A DNA stretch of 64,000 bases from a virus (Duplodnaviria > Caudoviricetes). Position numbers and translations under genes: made by a program. How positions within the stretch are numbered: the first letter of the stretch is position 1; the number at the start of each line of letters is the position of its first letter. Positions 35,220-47,300 of this stretch are shown here, piece by piece. Where the stretch lies: IMG/VR virus record IMGVR_UViG_3300028601_000020; one strand, given 5' to 3'. The notes beneath the pieces are model-generated. The model was not told the origin of the DNA, made no database searches, and saw only the letters and a list, made by a program, of their open reading frames with translations.

Positions 35220-35645
35220 ATGGCAAACAGATATAACTATAGTTACATTGAATCAAATCCAAGCAGAACATACACGGATTTAAACTTTTCGTTTGCGAAG
35301 CATCCAATAACAAATGATGTTGCGAAAAAAACAAACGAGGAAGCAATCAAACAAAGCCTAAAATCTTTAATTTATCTTGGGAAAAATGAAAAACCCTTTC
35401 ATCCTGAAATAGGTGGAGGGATATATGATTTCTTGTTTGAAAACATTGCTGAAGAAAATCTTGATGTTATTTTAGAGAAAAAAATCCATCATGTATTAAG
35501 TGTTTACGAACCAAGAGCGGAAATTCGGGGAGTATCAGTAAAAGCCTCTCCAGAAAGAAATGGATTCAGTATTTCGGTTTATTTTGTCGTCCTCAACACA
35601 CTATCTCCAGTAACCCTAGACATGTTTCTTAAAACAGTCAGATAA
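35220..35645 (+). CDS. gp25: Baseplate wedge / sheath initiator gp25
   Basis: Y.DL..SF.KHPIT.D.......AIKQS.K.L......EKPF.PE.G, YEPR. Confidence 0.92.
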   Translation: MANRYNYSYIESNPSRTYTDLNFSFAKHPITNDVAKKTNEEAIKQSLKSLIYLGKNEKPFHPEIGGGIYDFLFENIAEENLDVILEKKIHHVLSVYEPRAEIRGVSVKASPERNGFSISVYFVVLNTLSPVTLDMFLKTVR

Positions 35646-35654
35646 GGAATTAAC

Positions 35655-37457
35655 ATGGCAAACAATCTTGCAGAAATAAACATTACGGAACTTGATTTTG
35701 ATCTTATCAAGAAAAATTTAATTGATTATTTCAAAGCCGATCCTACTTTTTCTGACTATGAATTTGAAGGATCAGCACTGAATATTTTGATTGATATTCT
35801 TGCATATAACACCCACATGAATGCAGTTATGGCAAACATGAGCGCAAATGAAATGTTTATTGACTCTGCCCAAATGCGGTCATCCGTCATTTCATTAGCA
35901 AAAGCTCTTGCGTATACTCCTAGAAGTGTACGAACAGCAAAAGCAGAAATTTCATTAACGTTCACGGGTGTTTCTGGTTCTCCTGCTTATATCACAGTTC
36001 CAGCAGGCACCCGGTTTTCATCTAACTCAAAATACATTTTTAGTTCAAAAGAACAGTGTTTTGCCTATCCCACCGACACTGTTGGAGTATATTCTTGTCC
36101 CAAACTTGAAATTTATGAAGGGATTATGAACGATTTTTCTTATATTGTCAACTATAATGATCCTAATCAGCGATTTATTATCCCGAGCATAAACGCGGAC
36201 ACTTCTTCTCTTTCTGTGAGAACATTATCTGGAGCAACCACAACCGCGTATTCGTTGAATCAGAATATCACTCTTTTGGATCCTTCTTCGCTTGTATTTT
36301 TCTTGCACGAAAATCCGTCTGGTTATTTTGAAGTTTCTTTCGGTGATAATATTTTGGGCAAGCGTCCAATTAATAACTCTAAAGTTATTCTTTCTTATAT
36401 TGTATCATACGGCAAAGAAAAAGCAATCAATTCTTCAATTTTTACTCCTTATCAGCCAATCAGTGGATATTCATCCTACACAATAAAAACGCTTATTTCT
36501 GCTTATGGAGCCGCCGAGAAAGAGCCAAAGGAAGAAATTGCGACTCGGGCACCAAGAATGTACAAGGCGCAACACAGGGCGGTTATTACAGAAGATTATG
36601 AAAATTTTATGTTACAAGAATTTCCGTTCATTGAATCACTTTCTGTTTGGGGAGGTGAACATAACGATCCACCGATTTATGGTAAAGTTTTCTTCTCAAT
36701 AAAACCTTCCCACACCGAATATCTTTCTGACAATTTAAAAGCAAAGATCAAAGAAGAACTTATTAAAAAATTTAATGTAGTCACCGTTATTCCTGAAATA
36801 GTTGATCCGACATATCTTTATATTTTGTCGGATGTTAGCGTAATGTTCAACAAAGCAAAAACAGTTCTGGCTGAATCAGGAATCCAAAGCAGAGTAAGAG
36901 AAGAGATTTTAAAATATTCAAATTCTTATCTCCAAAAATTTAACTCAACGTTTTATTTTTCAAAACTTCTTGGAATCATAGATGATATTGATTCAAGTAT
37001 TTCTGGTTCTTTGATGGATTTAACTCTTATGGCAAAAATATTTCCAAGAACTGGAGTTGAAGAGCAATTCACAATAAATTTCTCAAATGCAATTGTACCG
37101 GGTTCCGTGTTTTCAACATATTACAACACTGGTGTTACTGGATCAACTGCAAAACAAGCAATTTATGATGATGGGAAAGGAAATCTTTTGACAAAGGATG
37201 CATTGTTAAATATGCCCGTGTTTAATAATATAGGAACGGTTGATTATACAACAGGAAAAGTTCAATTTTCTGTTCTTCCTTATTCAGTTCCATCTGATAC
37301 ATTTGATATAAGAATTCATGCGACTCCTGTTTCTGAAAATATTCATTCAGAAAACAATCAAATCATCATGATGGACGATTCAGCAGCAAAACAAGATTTT
37401 AATCGGAAACAAGGAATTGTTACCCATGTAACCGCGATCAATCTTGATTACAAATAA
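35655..37457 (+). CDS. gp6: Baseplate wedge protein gp6
   Basis: ELDFD.IK.NL..Y......FSDYEFEGS.L..LID.LAYNTH.NA, SAQ.RSSV.S.AK.L.Y.PRS, Q.RAV..EDY, WGGE.NDPP.YGKVF. Confidence 0.93.
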   Translation: MANNLAEINITELDFDLIKKNLIDYFKADPTFSDYEFEGSALNILIDILAYNTHMNAVMANMSANEMFIDSAQMRSSVISLAKALAYTPRSVRTAKAEISLTFTGVSGSPAYITVPAGTRFSSNSKYIFSSKEQCFAYPTDTVGVYSCPKLEIYEGIMNDFSYIVNYNDPNQRFIIPSINADTSSLSVRTLSGATTTAYSLNQNITLLDPSSLVFFLHENPSGYFEVSFGDNILGKRPINNSKVILSYIVSYGKEKAINSSIFTPYQPISGYSSYTIKTLISAYGAAEKEPKEEIATRAPRMYKAQHRAVITEDYENFMLQEFPFIESLSVWGGEHNDPPIYGKVFFSIKPSHTEYLSDNLKAKIKEELIKKFNVVTVIPEIVDPTYLYILSDVSVMFNKAKTVLAESGIQSRVREEILKYSNSYLQKFNSTFYFSKLLGIIDDIDSSISGSLMDLTLMAKIFPRTGVEEQFTINFSNAIVPGSVFSTYYNTGVTGSTAKQAIYDDGKGNLLTKDALLNMPVFNNIGTVDYTTGKVQFSVLPYSVPSDTFDIRIHATPVSENIHSENNQIIMMDDSAAKQDFNRKQGIVTHVTAINLDYK

Positions 37458-37487
37458 TTTTTTGATCAACAAAACGAGAGACAATAA

Positions 37488-39410
37488 ATGGATGGTATGA
37501 ACGATAAAAAAATAACAGCATTAATTGAAAATTCTATCCCAAAATTTGTCACGATAGAATATCCTCGTTTTGTTGAATTTCTTAAAGTTTATTATTCTCA
37601 GCAAGAAAATCAAGGCCAGCCTTATGAATTTTTGGCGAACTTATTAAATTATGCAAACATTGACGAAACAACACTTGAGTATCTTGAAAATTTCAGTGAA
37701 CAATTCTTATCCGGCCTTCCACATGAAAGACTTGCAGCACTTGATAAAAGGAATCTGATAAAGAATATTAAACAATTTTATCAATCTGTGGGGACTGAAG
37801 CATCAGTAAAATTCTTATTCAGGATTCTTTTCAATGAAGACGTTACATTATATTATCCTACTGTTGACATTCTTCGTGCCTCAGACGGAAAATGGCAGAA
37901 TGATTTTGTTATTAAAGTGACAAATTCACAGCAAAACGATGAAATTAAAAGACTTGAAGGCTCAGAAATATACGGTTTCTCTTCTGGAGCTAAAGCACTG
38001 GTTGAAAAAGTCAAAACTTATATTGCTTCAAATGGATATTATGTTGCTGAATTGTTCTTAACGCAATACGACTTAATGAATCCAATAACAAATTTCCAAG
38101 TCAACGAAAGTGTTATTGGAACATCTTATGATGGATATAGATTTAATGAGAAAATTTATTCAATCATTAGTGATTATGAAATTCTTGTTCCCGGTTTAAA
38201 TAATTTGCCGGGCGACTTCATTAATATCCAAAGCAACACGGGTGTGGATGCTTTTGTTCTAGTTGATGAAGTCCAAAAAGGAAGCATAGAAAACATTGAA
38301 ATTATCACTGCTGGAGAAAACTATGAAATAAACGACGAAATTGTTTTTACTTCTGAATCTGGCCTGAAAGCAAAAGCAAGAGTTTCAAATATTGATGTTA
38401 ATGGCGGAATTACAGAAATTAAAATACTTAATAATGGGTATGACTATCAAGAAATTCCACGCATTGATATTGATACTGAAAATGGAACCGGCGCTGAACT
38501 TTATCCGGTATCATCTACTATCGGAGCAATCAAGAAACTAAAATTCATTTCTTTTGGTGTTAATTATTCAAACAACGAATCGGTTTCATTCCCTTATTCG
38601 TTTCCTATTAATTTTTCATCTGTTCCTTCTGAAATAAATCCATTTCAGAACATTTTTGTTTATAATGTTATAGGAGGATTTGCTGTAAATGATGAAATTG
38701 AAGGTTCAATTTCTGGAGCAACAGGGACGATTAGACGATATTCAAATAATATAATGGGCATTGCATTAATTGATGGAACTTTTATTGAAGGAGAAACAAT
38801 TACTGGTCCATCAGGAACAGGAATAATTTATAAACAATCAATTGCAATGATAAATTTTCTTTATGGTGCTATTGGAAACTATAAAGGATATTTCAGAAAT
38901 ACAGATGGTTTCCTAGACTCTAATAAATATCTACAAGACTCTTATTATTATCAGGATTTCTCTTATGTTATCAATACAACAAAAGATAAATCTCTATGGA
39001 TTAACCCGTTAAAGAATACAATTCATCCAGCGGGTTCTATTGTATTTGGATTGATGGAAAAAGGAAGCGAACTTTATTCTTCTTCTATTGGTGGTATTAT
39101 TTCTCCGTGGCTCAACACGACAGAATTTTATAAATTCAGATTTGAGTATCAACCATTTGATGACGGATTCTTGTCAGAATTTGGAAATACTCAAATATCC
39201 TCATTTGAAGATTTTTATCTTTATGAACTTGGTTGGCTCAGTCCTAATGATTACACAGAAGATCCTGATCATTTGACTTTAAATGCTTCAAGAAAATCTA
39301 ATATTTGTCTTGGTTCTGATATAAAAATAGGAGATTTTGAAGGCCCTCTTAATATTGATTTAGTGAATTATTTTCTTATTGATGAAGACAATCCTTTAAA
39401 CACAATTTAA
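37488..39410 (+). CDS. gp7: Baseplate wedge protein gp7-like
   Basis: P.FV..EYP.FVEFLK.YY, LIKNIK.FY.S.GTE.S.KFLFRILF, SDGKW, LQDSYYYQDFSYVI, HPAG. Confidence 0.85.
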   Translation: MDGMNDKKITALIENSIPKFVTIEYPRFVEFLKVYYSQQENQGQPYEFLANLLNYANIDETTLEYLENFSEQFLSGLPHERLAALDKRNLIKNIKQFYQSVGTEASVKFLFRILFNEDVTLYYPTVDILRASDGKWQNDFVIKVTNSQQNDEIKRLEGSEIYGFSSGAKALVEKVKTYIASNGYYVAELFLTQYDLMNPITNFQVNESVIGTSYDGYRFNEKIYSIISDYEILVPGLNNLPGDFINIQSNTGVDAFVLVDEVQKGSIENIEIITAGENYEINDEIVFTSESGLKAKARVSNIDVNGGITEIKILNNGYDYQEIPRIDIDTENGTGAELYPVSSTIGAIKKLKFISFGVNYSNNESVSFPYSFPINFSSVPSEINPFQNIFVYNVIGGFAVNDEIEGSISGATGTIRRYSNNIMGIALIDGTFIEGETITGPSGTGIIYKQSIAMINFLYGAIGNYKGYFRNTDGFLDSNKYLQDSYYYQDFSYVINTTKDKSLWINPLKNTIHPAGSIVFGLMEKGSELYSSSIGGIISPWLNTTEFYKFRFEYQPFDDGFLSEFGNTQISSFEDFYLYELGWLSPNDYTEDPDHLTLNASRKSNICLGSDIKIGDFEGPLNIDLVNYFLIDEDNPLNTI

Positions 39411-39422
39411 AATAAAGACTTC

Positions 39423-42419
39423 ATGATCAATTACGATAAACCAAAACAATTACATGAACTTGATAATGTCTCTTTTTCAATAACAGAAAATTCTTTACTC
39501 CCTTGTCAAAGTGATATTACCGATAGATTAGGAAATATCCGAATTGTTGATGTTATCAGGAACATTTCTCTTGATGATATCAGAGATGGTGTTTTTTATC
39601 AAAAATTCACAGTTGATGAAAAAAATTATTGGAATACCCATGCAGCATCAAAAAACAATCCTCATACAGTAACAAAAGAACAAATTGATTTAGGATTTGT
39701 TGATAATACAAGTGACTTGGATAAACCTCTTTCAACAGCAGTTATTGGCGCATTAGCTTTAAAAGCAGATAAAATAACAGTTGATAATTTAATATCAGAC
39801 GTTGAACAATACGCAATTGCAGCAGCAGCAAGCGCGGGTTCCGCTTCAACCTCAGAAACGAATGCAGCAACCTCAGAAATTAATGCGGCAGAAAGCGCAA
39901 ATAATGCTTCAATTAGTGCTTCTAATGCTTCAATTAGTGCTTCTAATGCTTCAATATCCGAAACGAATGCGGCGGCAAGTGAATCAGCCGCGGCTTTGTC
40001 AGAAACGAATGCGGCAACAAGCGCAACAAACGCAGCAACCTCAGAAACAAATGCGGCTTCTTATGCTGCGGCCGCCAATGCATCAAAAACAGCGGCAGCG
40101 ACAAGTGCAACGAATGCAGCAGCAAGTGCTTTAGCGGCGGCAACATCAGAAGACAATGCTGCCACATCCGAAACAAATGCAGCATCAAGCGCAAGTTCCG
40201 CAGCGACAAGTGCAACGAATGCGGCAGGATCAGCAACGAATGCAAATAATTCAAGAATAGCAGCAGCAACCTCAGAAACGAATGCGGCTAACTCAGCAAG
40301 TGCCGCCAATGCGTCAAAATTAGCCGCTGCCGCATCCGAGAGCGCAGCAGCATCATCAGCAACGAATGCGGCGACCAGCGCAACACAGGCTGCTTCCTCC
40401 TCTTCCTCGGCTGCTTCCTCAGCAAGCGCAGCAGCTTTGTCGGAAACAAATGCGGCAGCAAGCGCAAGTTCCGCTAATTCGTCAAAACTTGCAGCAGAGA
40501 CAGCCGAAACGAATGCGGCGGCAAGTTCCGCCAGTGCAGCGACAAGCGCAACGAATGCGGCAAATAGCGCAACAGCAGCAAACACGTCAAAACTTGCGGC
40601 TGCGGCAAGTGCAAGCGCGGCAGCCACATCCGAAACGAATGCGGCAGGATCAGCAACAGCGGCAGCGACAAGCGCAACGAATGCGGCAACATCGGAAACG
40701 AATGCGGCAGGATCAGCAACAGCGGCAGCGACAAGCGCAACGAATGCGGCCAATAGCGCATCAGCGGCAGCGACAAGCGCAACGAATGCGGCAGGATCAG
40801 CAACGGCAGCAAACAATTCAAAACTTGCGGCGGCAGCAAGCGAATCAGCAGCGGCTTTGTCTGAAACGAATGCTGCCAACAGTGCATCAGCAGCTTCTTT
40901 ATCCGAAACGAATGCGGCAGGATCAGCAACAGCGGCAGCGACAAGCGCAACGAATGCGGCAACATCGGAAACGAATGCAGCAGGATCGGCATCATCGGCG
41001 GCAAGTTCTGCAAGTGCTGCAAACACTTCAAAGTTAGCAGCCGAAGCAGCCGAAACGAATGCCGCAGCAAGCGCCAGTGCTGCAAATTTGTCCCGCATTG
41101 CAGCAGAAACAGCAGAAACTAATGCTATTGGAGCATCACAAGCTGCGGCATTGTCTGAAACGAATGCTGCCAACAGTGCATCAGCAGCCTCTTTATCTGA
41201 AACGAATGCTGCCACATCCGAAACAAATGCAGCAGGATCAGCAGCAGCGGCCTCTTTATCTGAAACAAATGCTTCCACAAGCGAATATAACGCGGACCAA
41301 GCTAGAATTTTAGCAGAAGCAGCAGCAGCAAATTTACCTAATGCTGTTACTGCCGGACCTTCTAAAATTCCCGTTACAAATGCAACAGGAGATGGATGGA
41401 ATTATCCAACATACAATGAAGTAGCACAAGATATTGTCAGTTTAATTCCTTTGCAAGGAAAAAATTATATAATTAATGGTAATTTTAGATTTTGGCAGAG
41501 GGGGACAGCACAATCATCTATAGTAAATTCTTATGGAAGTGATGATAGATGGATAAATGAATTTAACGGAATCACAAGATCACACGGATTGGGAACTTTT
41601 CCTTTAGGTCAAACCGAGGTTGAAGGGAATCCTACATATTACAGTTCAACAAATGTACAATCATTAGGAACATTATCCTCTCATTATTGTATAAAAAGAC
41701 ATAGAGTTGATAGAGTTCAATATTCTTCTGGAAAAACAATGACATTAAGTTTTTGGGCAAGAACGTCTGTTCCCGGAAACAATTTATCAGTTTCTTATCA
41801 ACAATCAACGGGAGTTGGAGGATCAGTTGTAAATAATGAACATATAACCAAAGTTACATTGAGCGGTTCATGGACAAAATTTACAGCAACTTTTACTTGG
41901 CTGAGTATTGCTGGAGAAACACTAGGATCAAATCATTATTTTGGTATTGATTTTTGGTTTTCTTCTGGAAGTAATTTTAATGATAGAACTGATTCATTGG
42001 GATTTCAAACAGGAACTTTTGAAATTGCTCAAGTTCAACTTGAAGACGGTACAGTTGCAACAGATTTTGAAAACATAGGAGAAGACTTGCAATTTTATCA
42101 ATGTTTAAGATATTATCAAAAGACGACTCCTTATGGAACTTCCCCTTATTATCCTTCGGGTGGTATTTATATTAGAAATTGTTGGCCAAGCGCGCTTGCT
42201 TCATATTTAAAATACAATTTTTTTGTTCCTATGAGAGTTGTTCCAACTGTTACATTTTGGAACACAGCAACAGAAACAAGTGGTTCATGGAGAACCACTT
42301 CTTCAACTAACCTCGTAGTGAATTATACTCATTTAACAGAAAAATCAATTTTATTATACCCAACATTAGAAACGGGATCGTTGTTATACGGGCAATTAGA
42401 AATGGACGCGGAGTTATGA
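39423..42419 (+). CDS. Tail fibre protein with a long Ala/Ser/Thr heptad-repeat stalk and a C-terminal receptor-binding-like domain
   Basis: NPH.VTK.QI.LG.VDNTSD.DKP.S motif; about 500 aa of S(E/A)TNAA repeats; KNYIINGNF..WQRG...QLE.G.VAT.FE...C.RYYQ...DAEL head. Confidence 0.82.
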   Translation: MINYDKPKQLHELDNVSFSITENSLLPCQSDITDRLGNIRIVDVIRNISLDDIRDGVFYQKFTVDEKNYWNTHAASKNNPHTVTKEQIDLGFVDNTSDLDKPLSTAVIGALALKADKITVDNLISDVEQYAIAAAASAGSASTSETNAATSEINAAESANNASISASNASISASNASISETNAAASESAAALSETNAATSATNAATSETNAASYAAAANASKTAAATSATNAAASALAAATSEDNAATSETNAASSASSAATSATNAAGSATNANNSRIAAATSETNAANSASAANASKLAAAASESAAASSATNAATSATQAASSSSSAASSASAAALSETNAAASASSANSSKLAAETAETNAAASSASAATSATNAANSATAANTSKLAAAASASAAATSETNAAGSATAAATSATNAATSETNAAGSATAAATSATNAANSASAAATSATNAAGSATAANNSKLAAAASESAAALSETNAANSASAASLSETNAAGSATAAATSATNAATSETNAAGSASSAASSASAANTSKLAAEAAETNAAASASAANLSRIAAETAETNAIGASQAAALSETNAANSASAASLSETNAATSETNAAGSAAAASLSETNASTSEYNADQARILAEAAAANLPNAVTAGPSKIPVTNATGDGWNYPTYNEVAQDIVSLIPLQGKNYIINGNFRFWQRGTAQSSIVNSYGSDDRWINEFNGITRSHGLGTFPLGQTEVEGNPTYYSSTNVQSLGTLSSHYCIKRHRVDRVQYSSGKTMTLSFWARTSVPGNNLSVSYQQSTGVGGSVVNNEHITKVTLSGSWTKFTATFTWLSIAGETLGSNHYFGIDFWFSSGSNFNDRTDSLGFQTGTFEIAQVQLEDGTVATDFENIGEDLQFYQCLRYYQKTTPYGTSPYYPSGGIYIRNCWPSALASYLKYNFFVPMRVVPTVTFWNTATETSGSWRTTSSTNLVVNYTHLTEKSILLYPTLETGSLLYGQLEMDAEL
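39820..41330 (+). repeat. GC-richer coding tandem repeat (21-nt base unit with near-identical 63-nt blocks)
   Basis: Recurring GAAACGAATGCGGCA / GCAACGAATGCGGCA; near-exact 63-nt duplication at about 40628-40750, repeated near 40900. Confidence 0.85.
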
Positions 42420-42420
42420 A

Positions 42421-42963
42421 ATGAAATATAAATTTGCTAACAAAGAAAACACTACTGTAAATGACAATGAAAATAATGTTATGAACATTACCCAGCATAA
42501 TTGGAGATGGCAAGAATATCAAGATTGGCTTGCAGAAGGAAACGTCACTGAACCTTATCAAACAGAAGAAGAAGAATTAAATGAAGCATTAAATCAAAAA
42601 ATCAGTGAAATTTTAATAATGAATGACGCAAAAGATAAAGAACCAATTCTTTTCAAAGGAGAATTGTTCAAAAATACAAATGCAGTAACCGAAACCATCA
42701 AAGTAGGTGAAATGATGGGACAGCAAGACACTGATCCTTTATTTGTCAATGGAGGTTATTGGGACAACTTTGATGGATCTATTTCTGTTCCCTTTACTTT
42801 CAAAGACTTGAAGGATTTATATACCACTGATTATATGAAGTGCGCCGTTCATTATGCAGTTGCTAAATATCATATAGATACAGTCAAATCTTTTTCCACT
42901 CCAGAAGAAATACTAAATTATGATATAACTGTCGGTTGGGATGGTAGTATACTCAATAATTAA
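42421..42963 (+). CDS. Tail fibre assembly chaperone (DUF4376-like)
   Basis: N..WQEYQ.WLAEGN..EP, W...D...VP.T..DL..L, EEI..YDI..GW; follows the fibre gene. Confidence 0.7.
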   Translation: MKYKFANKENTTVNDNENNVMNITQHNWRWQEYQDWLAEGNVTEPYQTEEEELNEALNQKISEILIMNDAKDKEPILFKGELFKNTNAVTETIKVGEMMGQQDTDPLFVNGGYWDNFDGSISVPFTFKDLKDLYTTDYMKCAVHYAVAKYHIDTVKSFSTPEEILNYDITVGWDGSILNN

Positions 42964-42982
42964 AATCTCGGATTAAAATAAT

Positions 42983-44299
42983 ATGTCAGCAACTATTTCA
43001 ACGGCAACACGAATTCATTCTGCAAAAAAATTCATTGAATCATTAAGTGAATTATATTTTTTCGCTTCAAAAATTTCTCCTTGGGAAGATGAACAGTCTC
43101 CAGACGTAGCGACAAATGAAGTGGATGTTATCAACAAAACAAGACGAGGTTTGATTTTCATGAAAAAAAGTGATCCTGTCGGCGTTCTTGGATTGAAACG
43201 CTTTGAATGGGATGCCGGTATTGTCTATACTCCATGGGATTCAAAACATGATTTACATTTTGCAAGAAATTGGCTTGGTCCAGAGCAACCTTTTTATGTT
43301 TTTGTACAAGACAATTCTTCTGGGGTGTTCCAATATAATGTTTACCTCTGCATTGACAACAATCAAGGGTCTCCTTCATTAGATACTCCGACTGGCCAAT
43401 CAACAGATGTTTTTGAAACAACAGACGGGTATATATGGAAATTCATGTATAATATTCATTCTGATTACCTTGAATATGTAAACACTGCTTTGATTCCTTG
43501 TCCGATGAACGATGAACAAAAAACACAAGCGCACTTGACAGTTGAACAAACTGTTACGCCTGGGACAATTAATCGTTATGAAATCGTTAATCCGGGTTCT
43601 GGATATTCAGGAGCAACCATTTCAATTGATGGTGATGGAACAGGAGCAACAGCAATTATTGACATTGAGAACAATGAAATATCAAAAATTACTGTCACTG
43701 ATCCGGGTTCTGGATATACTTTTGCGAATATTACAATTTATGGTGATGGAGAAGGTGCAGAAGTGAGAGCCGTTCTTTCTCCTGCAAAAGGACACGGTAG
43801 TAATGCAGCGGCACAATTAGGTGCAACCCACGCAATGACAAAACAAACTTTCATGGGAAGCGAACTTGGGCTTTTTACTGAATTAAATGCTTACAGAAAA
43901 ATTGGACTTATAAAAGATATCAAATATTTATCTGGTGAACCTTTAACTGGAAATGCTTACTCTCTTATGGATTCCATTGAAGTGATAAACATTACTTCGG
44001 AATTTCCGTATGTTCAAAAAATATTAGGTCTATCTTCTAATGCAGAAGCAAGAATTTTTGAAATTGAACCACCTAATTCACCAACAGCAATTTTTTACAT
44101 AAGCGATAGAATTGGAAATTTTGCTATGAATGAATTCGTTCAGCTTGAAAATTCGCCAAGCACGATTGCACAAGTAACAGACGTTATAAATAATGTTGTA
44201 GACAAAAACAGCGGAGAAATCGTGTATCTTGAACATTTACAAGCTATTTCTCGTTCTGCTGGTCAATCCGAATCGTTCATTTTTTCAATTGAATTTTAA
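42983..44299 (+). CDS. gp8: Baseplate wedge protein gp8
   Basis: PW.DE..P, R.EW..G.VY..W, FYV, VY.CIDN.....S...PTG, T.DGYIWKFMY.I, SP..GHG.N...LGA, SGEI.Y.E....ISR...Q.E......EF. Confidence 0.88.
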   Translation: MSATISTATRIHSAKKFIESLSELYFFASKISPWEDEQSPDVATNEVDVINKTRRGLIFMKKSDPVGVLGLKRFEWDAGIVYTPWDSKHDLHFARNWLGPEQPFYVFVQDNSSGVFQYNVYLCIDNNQGSPSLDTPTGQSTDVFETTDGYIWKFMYNIHSDYLEYVNTALIPCPMNDEQKTQAHLTVEQTVTPGTINRYEIVNPGSGYSGATISIDGDGTGATAIIDIENNEISKITVTDPGSGYTFANITIYGDGEGAEVRAVLSPAKGHGSNAAAQLGATHAMTKQTFMGSELGLFTELNAYRKIGLIKDIKYLSGEPLTGNAYSLMDSIEVINITSEFPYVQKILGLSSNAEARIFEIEPPNSPTAIFYISDRIGNFAMNEFVQLENSPSTIAQVTDVINNVVDKNSGEIVYLEHLQAISRSAGQSESFIFSIEF

Positions 44300-44346
44300 T
44301 TGATCTCTGAAAGAAAAAATAAAATTTTATAGGATACTAAATTCAA

Positions 44347-47300
44347 ATGGCAATAAATTTCGAGAAAAATCCGTTTTTTGATGATTATAAGGAGTCAAAG
44401 AATTTTCACCGAATTCTTTACCGTCCATCTATTGCTGTTCAAGCAAGAGAGTTGACACAACAGCAGACCATTTTACAGAATCAAATTGCCCGTTTTGGTA
44501 ACCACATTTTCAAAAACGGAGCAATGGTCATTCCCGGTCAGATAACGTTTGACAACAAATACCATTATGTTAAAATAAATCAACTTTATGATTCGGAAGA
44601 AGTTGTATTAAGTAATTTTGTTGGTTCAAAAATCACTGGTTTGACTTCTGGGGTTATTGCGGAAGTCATTAATGCTGTTGATATTGAAGGAGATGATCCA
44701 AAAACACTTTATGTAAAATATATTCAATCAGGAATTTCCGATATTCAGACATTTCAAGATGGTGAAATTCTTCAACGAACGGATAATGCTCTTTTTGCAT
44801 GTCAAGTACAAGGATCCACTGACGTAACCTCATTTTCTTCTATCGGTATAGGTTCAGCATCGTCAATTGAAGCTGGTGTTTATTATATTGATGGTTTTTT
44901 TGTTAATGTTTACAAACAAACACTAATTCTTTCAAAATATTCAGACACTCCAACATGTAAAGTCGGATTGAGAAATTACGAAAGAATCATTACCCCAGAA
45001 GATGATCCGACGCTTAATGATAATGCTATTGGTTCGTATAACTATGCTGCTCCGGGTGCGTATCGGTATAAAATTGATCTATTACTTGAATACATCAACG
45101 TAAATGACGAAGTTCCTGAGGATTTTGTTGAATTACAACGAATTGAAGTTGGAACAATCATTAATGAAATCAGAACTTCAGAGTACAGTGAACTCGAAAA
45201 GACTTTTGCACGAAGGACCTATGACGAATCAGGAGACTATACAGTTTCTCCTTTTAATATTTCAATCAGAGAACATCTTAAAGATGAATCAATTCCTAGA
45301 TTTGCAGACGGTAAGTATCTTGCAACAGACTCTCCTTCTGGTGATGAATCAAAACTTGCAATTGGCATTGAGCCGGGCAAAGCATACGTTCGTGGTTACG
45401 AACGACAGAAATTAGCGACCACTTGGATTGAGACAAACAAAGCACGATCAACAGCAGTTTATAATAATGCCGTTTTGAACTTTAATATCGGGAATTATAT
45501 TTACGTCACACGGTGTTACATGATTCCTGATTGGTCAACATTTGAAACTCTTTATCTTTGGCATTCAGATCCTCTTCCATTAGACGGCAATATTCCAGCA
45601 TCAGGAACTCCTATTGGCACAGCAAGAGTCAGAGGGATTGAGTTAATTGATAACTCTGCTGGTGCCGCGCATGAAGAATACGTTTATAAACTGTATCTTT
45701 TTGATATTAACCTAAATGATGGTGAAACATGGAGTTCAGTATCATGGATCACGGATTCTAATTCTTCAGCACAATTTACTTGCACTCCTAATGTTGGTGG
45801 TGATTATGCAGATTTAGACAAAATGATTATCAATCCAACAAAAAAATCAAGTATCTTTAAACTTCCACACCAATATGTAAGAACACTCAAACCAAACGGA
45901 ATAAATGATACTTCATATACAGTAAACAGATATTATCCTTCTGTTCCTGTATCTTCTGAATCAATTGAAATTGACGTTGGAACCAATGCTGTTCCTAATG
46001 CATTCACAGGAAGAAACTATATTATTATGGACCTCGCTGCTTCAACTTCAGCGGCTTCTTTTGTTCCAATAAGCGACGGTGATGTAACCATTAACGGATC
46101 AGTTGTAACCATTACAGGTTTGACTGGACTTTCTGGATCAAATGTTAGTATTAGTTTGCCAATAGTGAAAACAATCTCAGCAGAAAGAACAAAGTCTATT
46201 ACTGAAATCACCCAAGTTATTTCATCCCCTAATACAGTGCCAGGTGAATTTGACGATTTATCAAGAGCAGACGGTTATAGATTGATTTCTGTAACTGATG
46301 GCGGTGATTCTGATAGAGATATCACCGAACGATATTTATTTGATAATGGACAAAGGGATTCATTTTATGATCTTTCACGAATTCAATTAAAATCAGGTTA
46401 TAGCGCACCAAAAGGAAGTCTCACAGTAACATTTTCGTTCTTTTCTCATACAACTGGCGATTTCTGTTCTGTTGATTCTTACTCTTCTTTGGGCACTTCT
46501 TTAGATGAATATTATTATGACATTCCTGCATATTATTCAGAAGATGGACAATATGATCTTGCTGATTGTATTGACTTTAGACCAGTAATCAATTCAACCG
46601 GTAATTCATTTATAGGAACTGGTTCGCGTACATGCGAAATGCCTGTTGCGCTGTCAAATATTAGAATGGATTATGAACACTACTTGAGCCGTATTGACAA
46701 ACTTTACATTGATTACACTGGAAGATTTGGTATTATTGAAGGTAATCCAGATGTTTATCCTTCTCCTCCTAAATCTCCTTCTGACGGCATGGTTCTTTAT
46801 GAAATCTTCATGACTGCATACACATATTCTCCGAAAAATGCAAAACCAAAGTTTATTGACAATAAGCGTTACACAATGAGAGATATTGGCCGTCTTGAAA
46901 AGCGAATTAGTAATCTTGAATATTATACTTCGTTGTCATTGCTTGAAAAAGAAACCGCTCAAATGCAAATCAAAGATGTTTCTGGTTTTGAAAGATTTAA
47001 AAATGGTTTCTTGGTTGAACCATTTAAGTCTCATGGTATTGGCGATTCTTTGAATCCTGATTATCGTTGTTCAATTGATCCAAGATTGGAACAAATGAGA
47101 TCAACCTTTTCAACTGATTCAGTGAATCTTGAATTTGACGAAACAAATTCAACCACTGTTCAAAAAACAGGGCCGCTTGTCACGCTTCCTTATACCTCTG
47201 TGCCTTTCATTTCTCAAACTTTAGCAAGTATGACAGAGAATGTCAACCCTTTTGCTATTCGTTTGTTTGAGGGGAAAGTAAATTTTCAGCCTGATTCAGA

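Noticed and set aside
39802-41313. Long alternative-frame and antisense ORFs (for example 40061..41278 -, 40366..41037 +)
   Set aside because: Shadows of the Ala-rich GCN repeat in the fibre gene; low complexity and no convincing RBS.
41450-42419. Diversity-generating retroelement target in the fibre C-terminus
   Set aside because: No reverse transcriptase and no template/variable repeat pair seen in the window.
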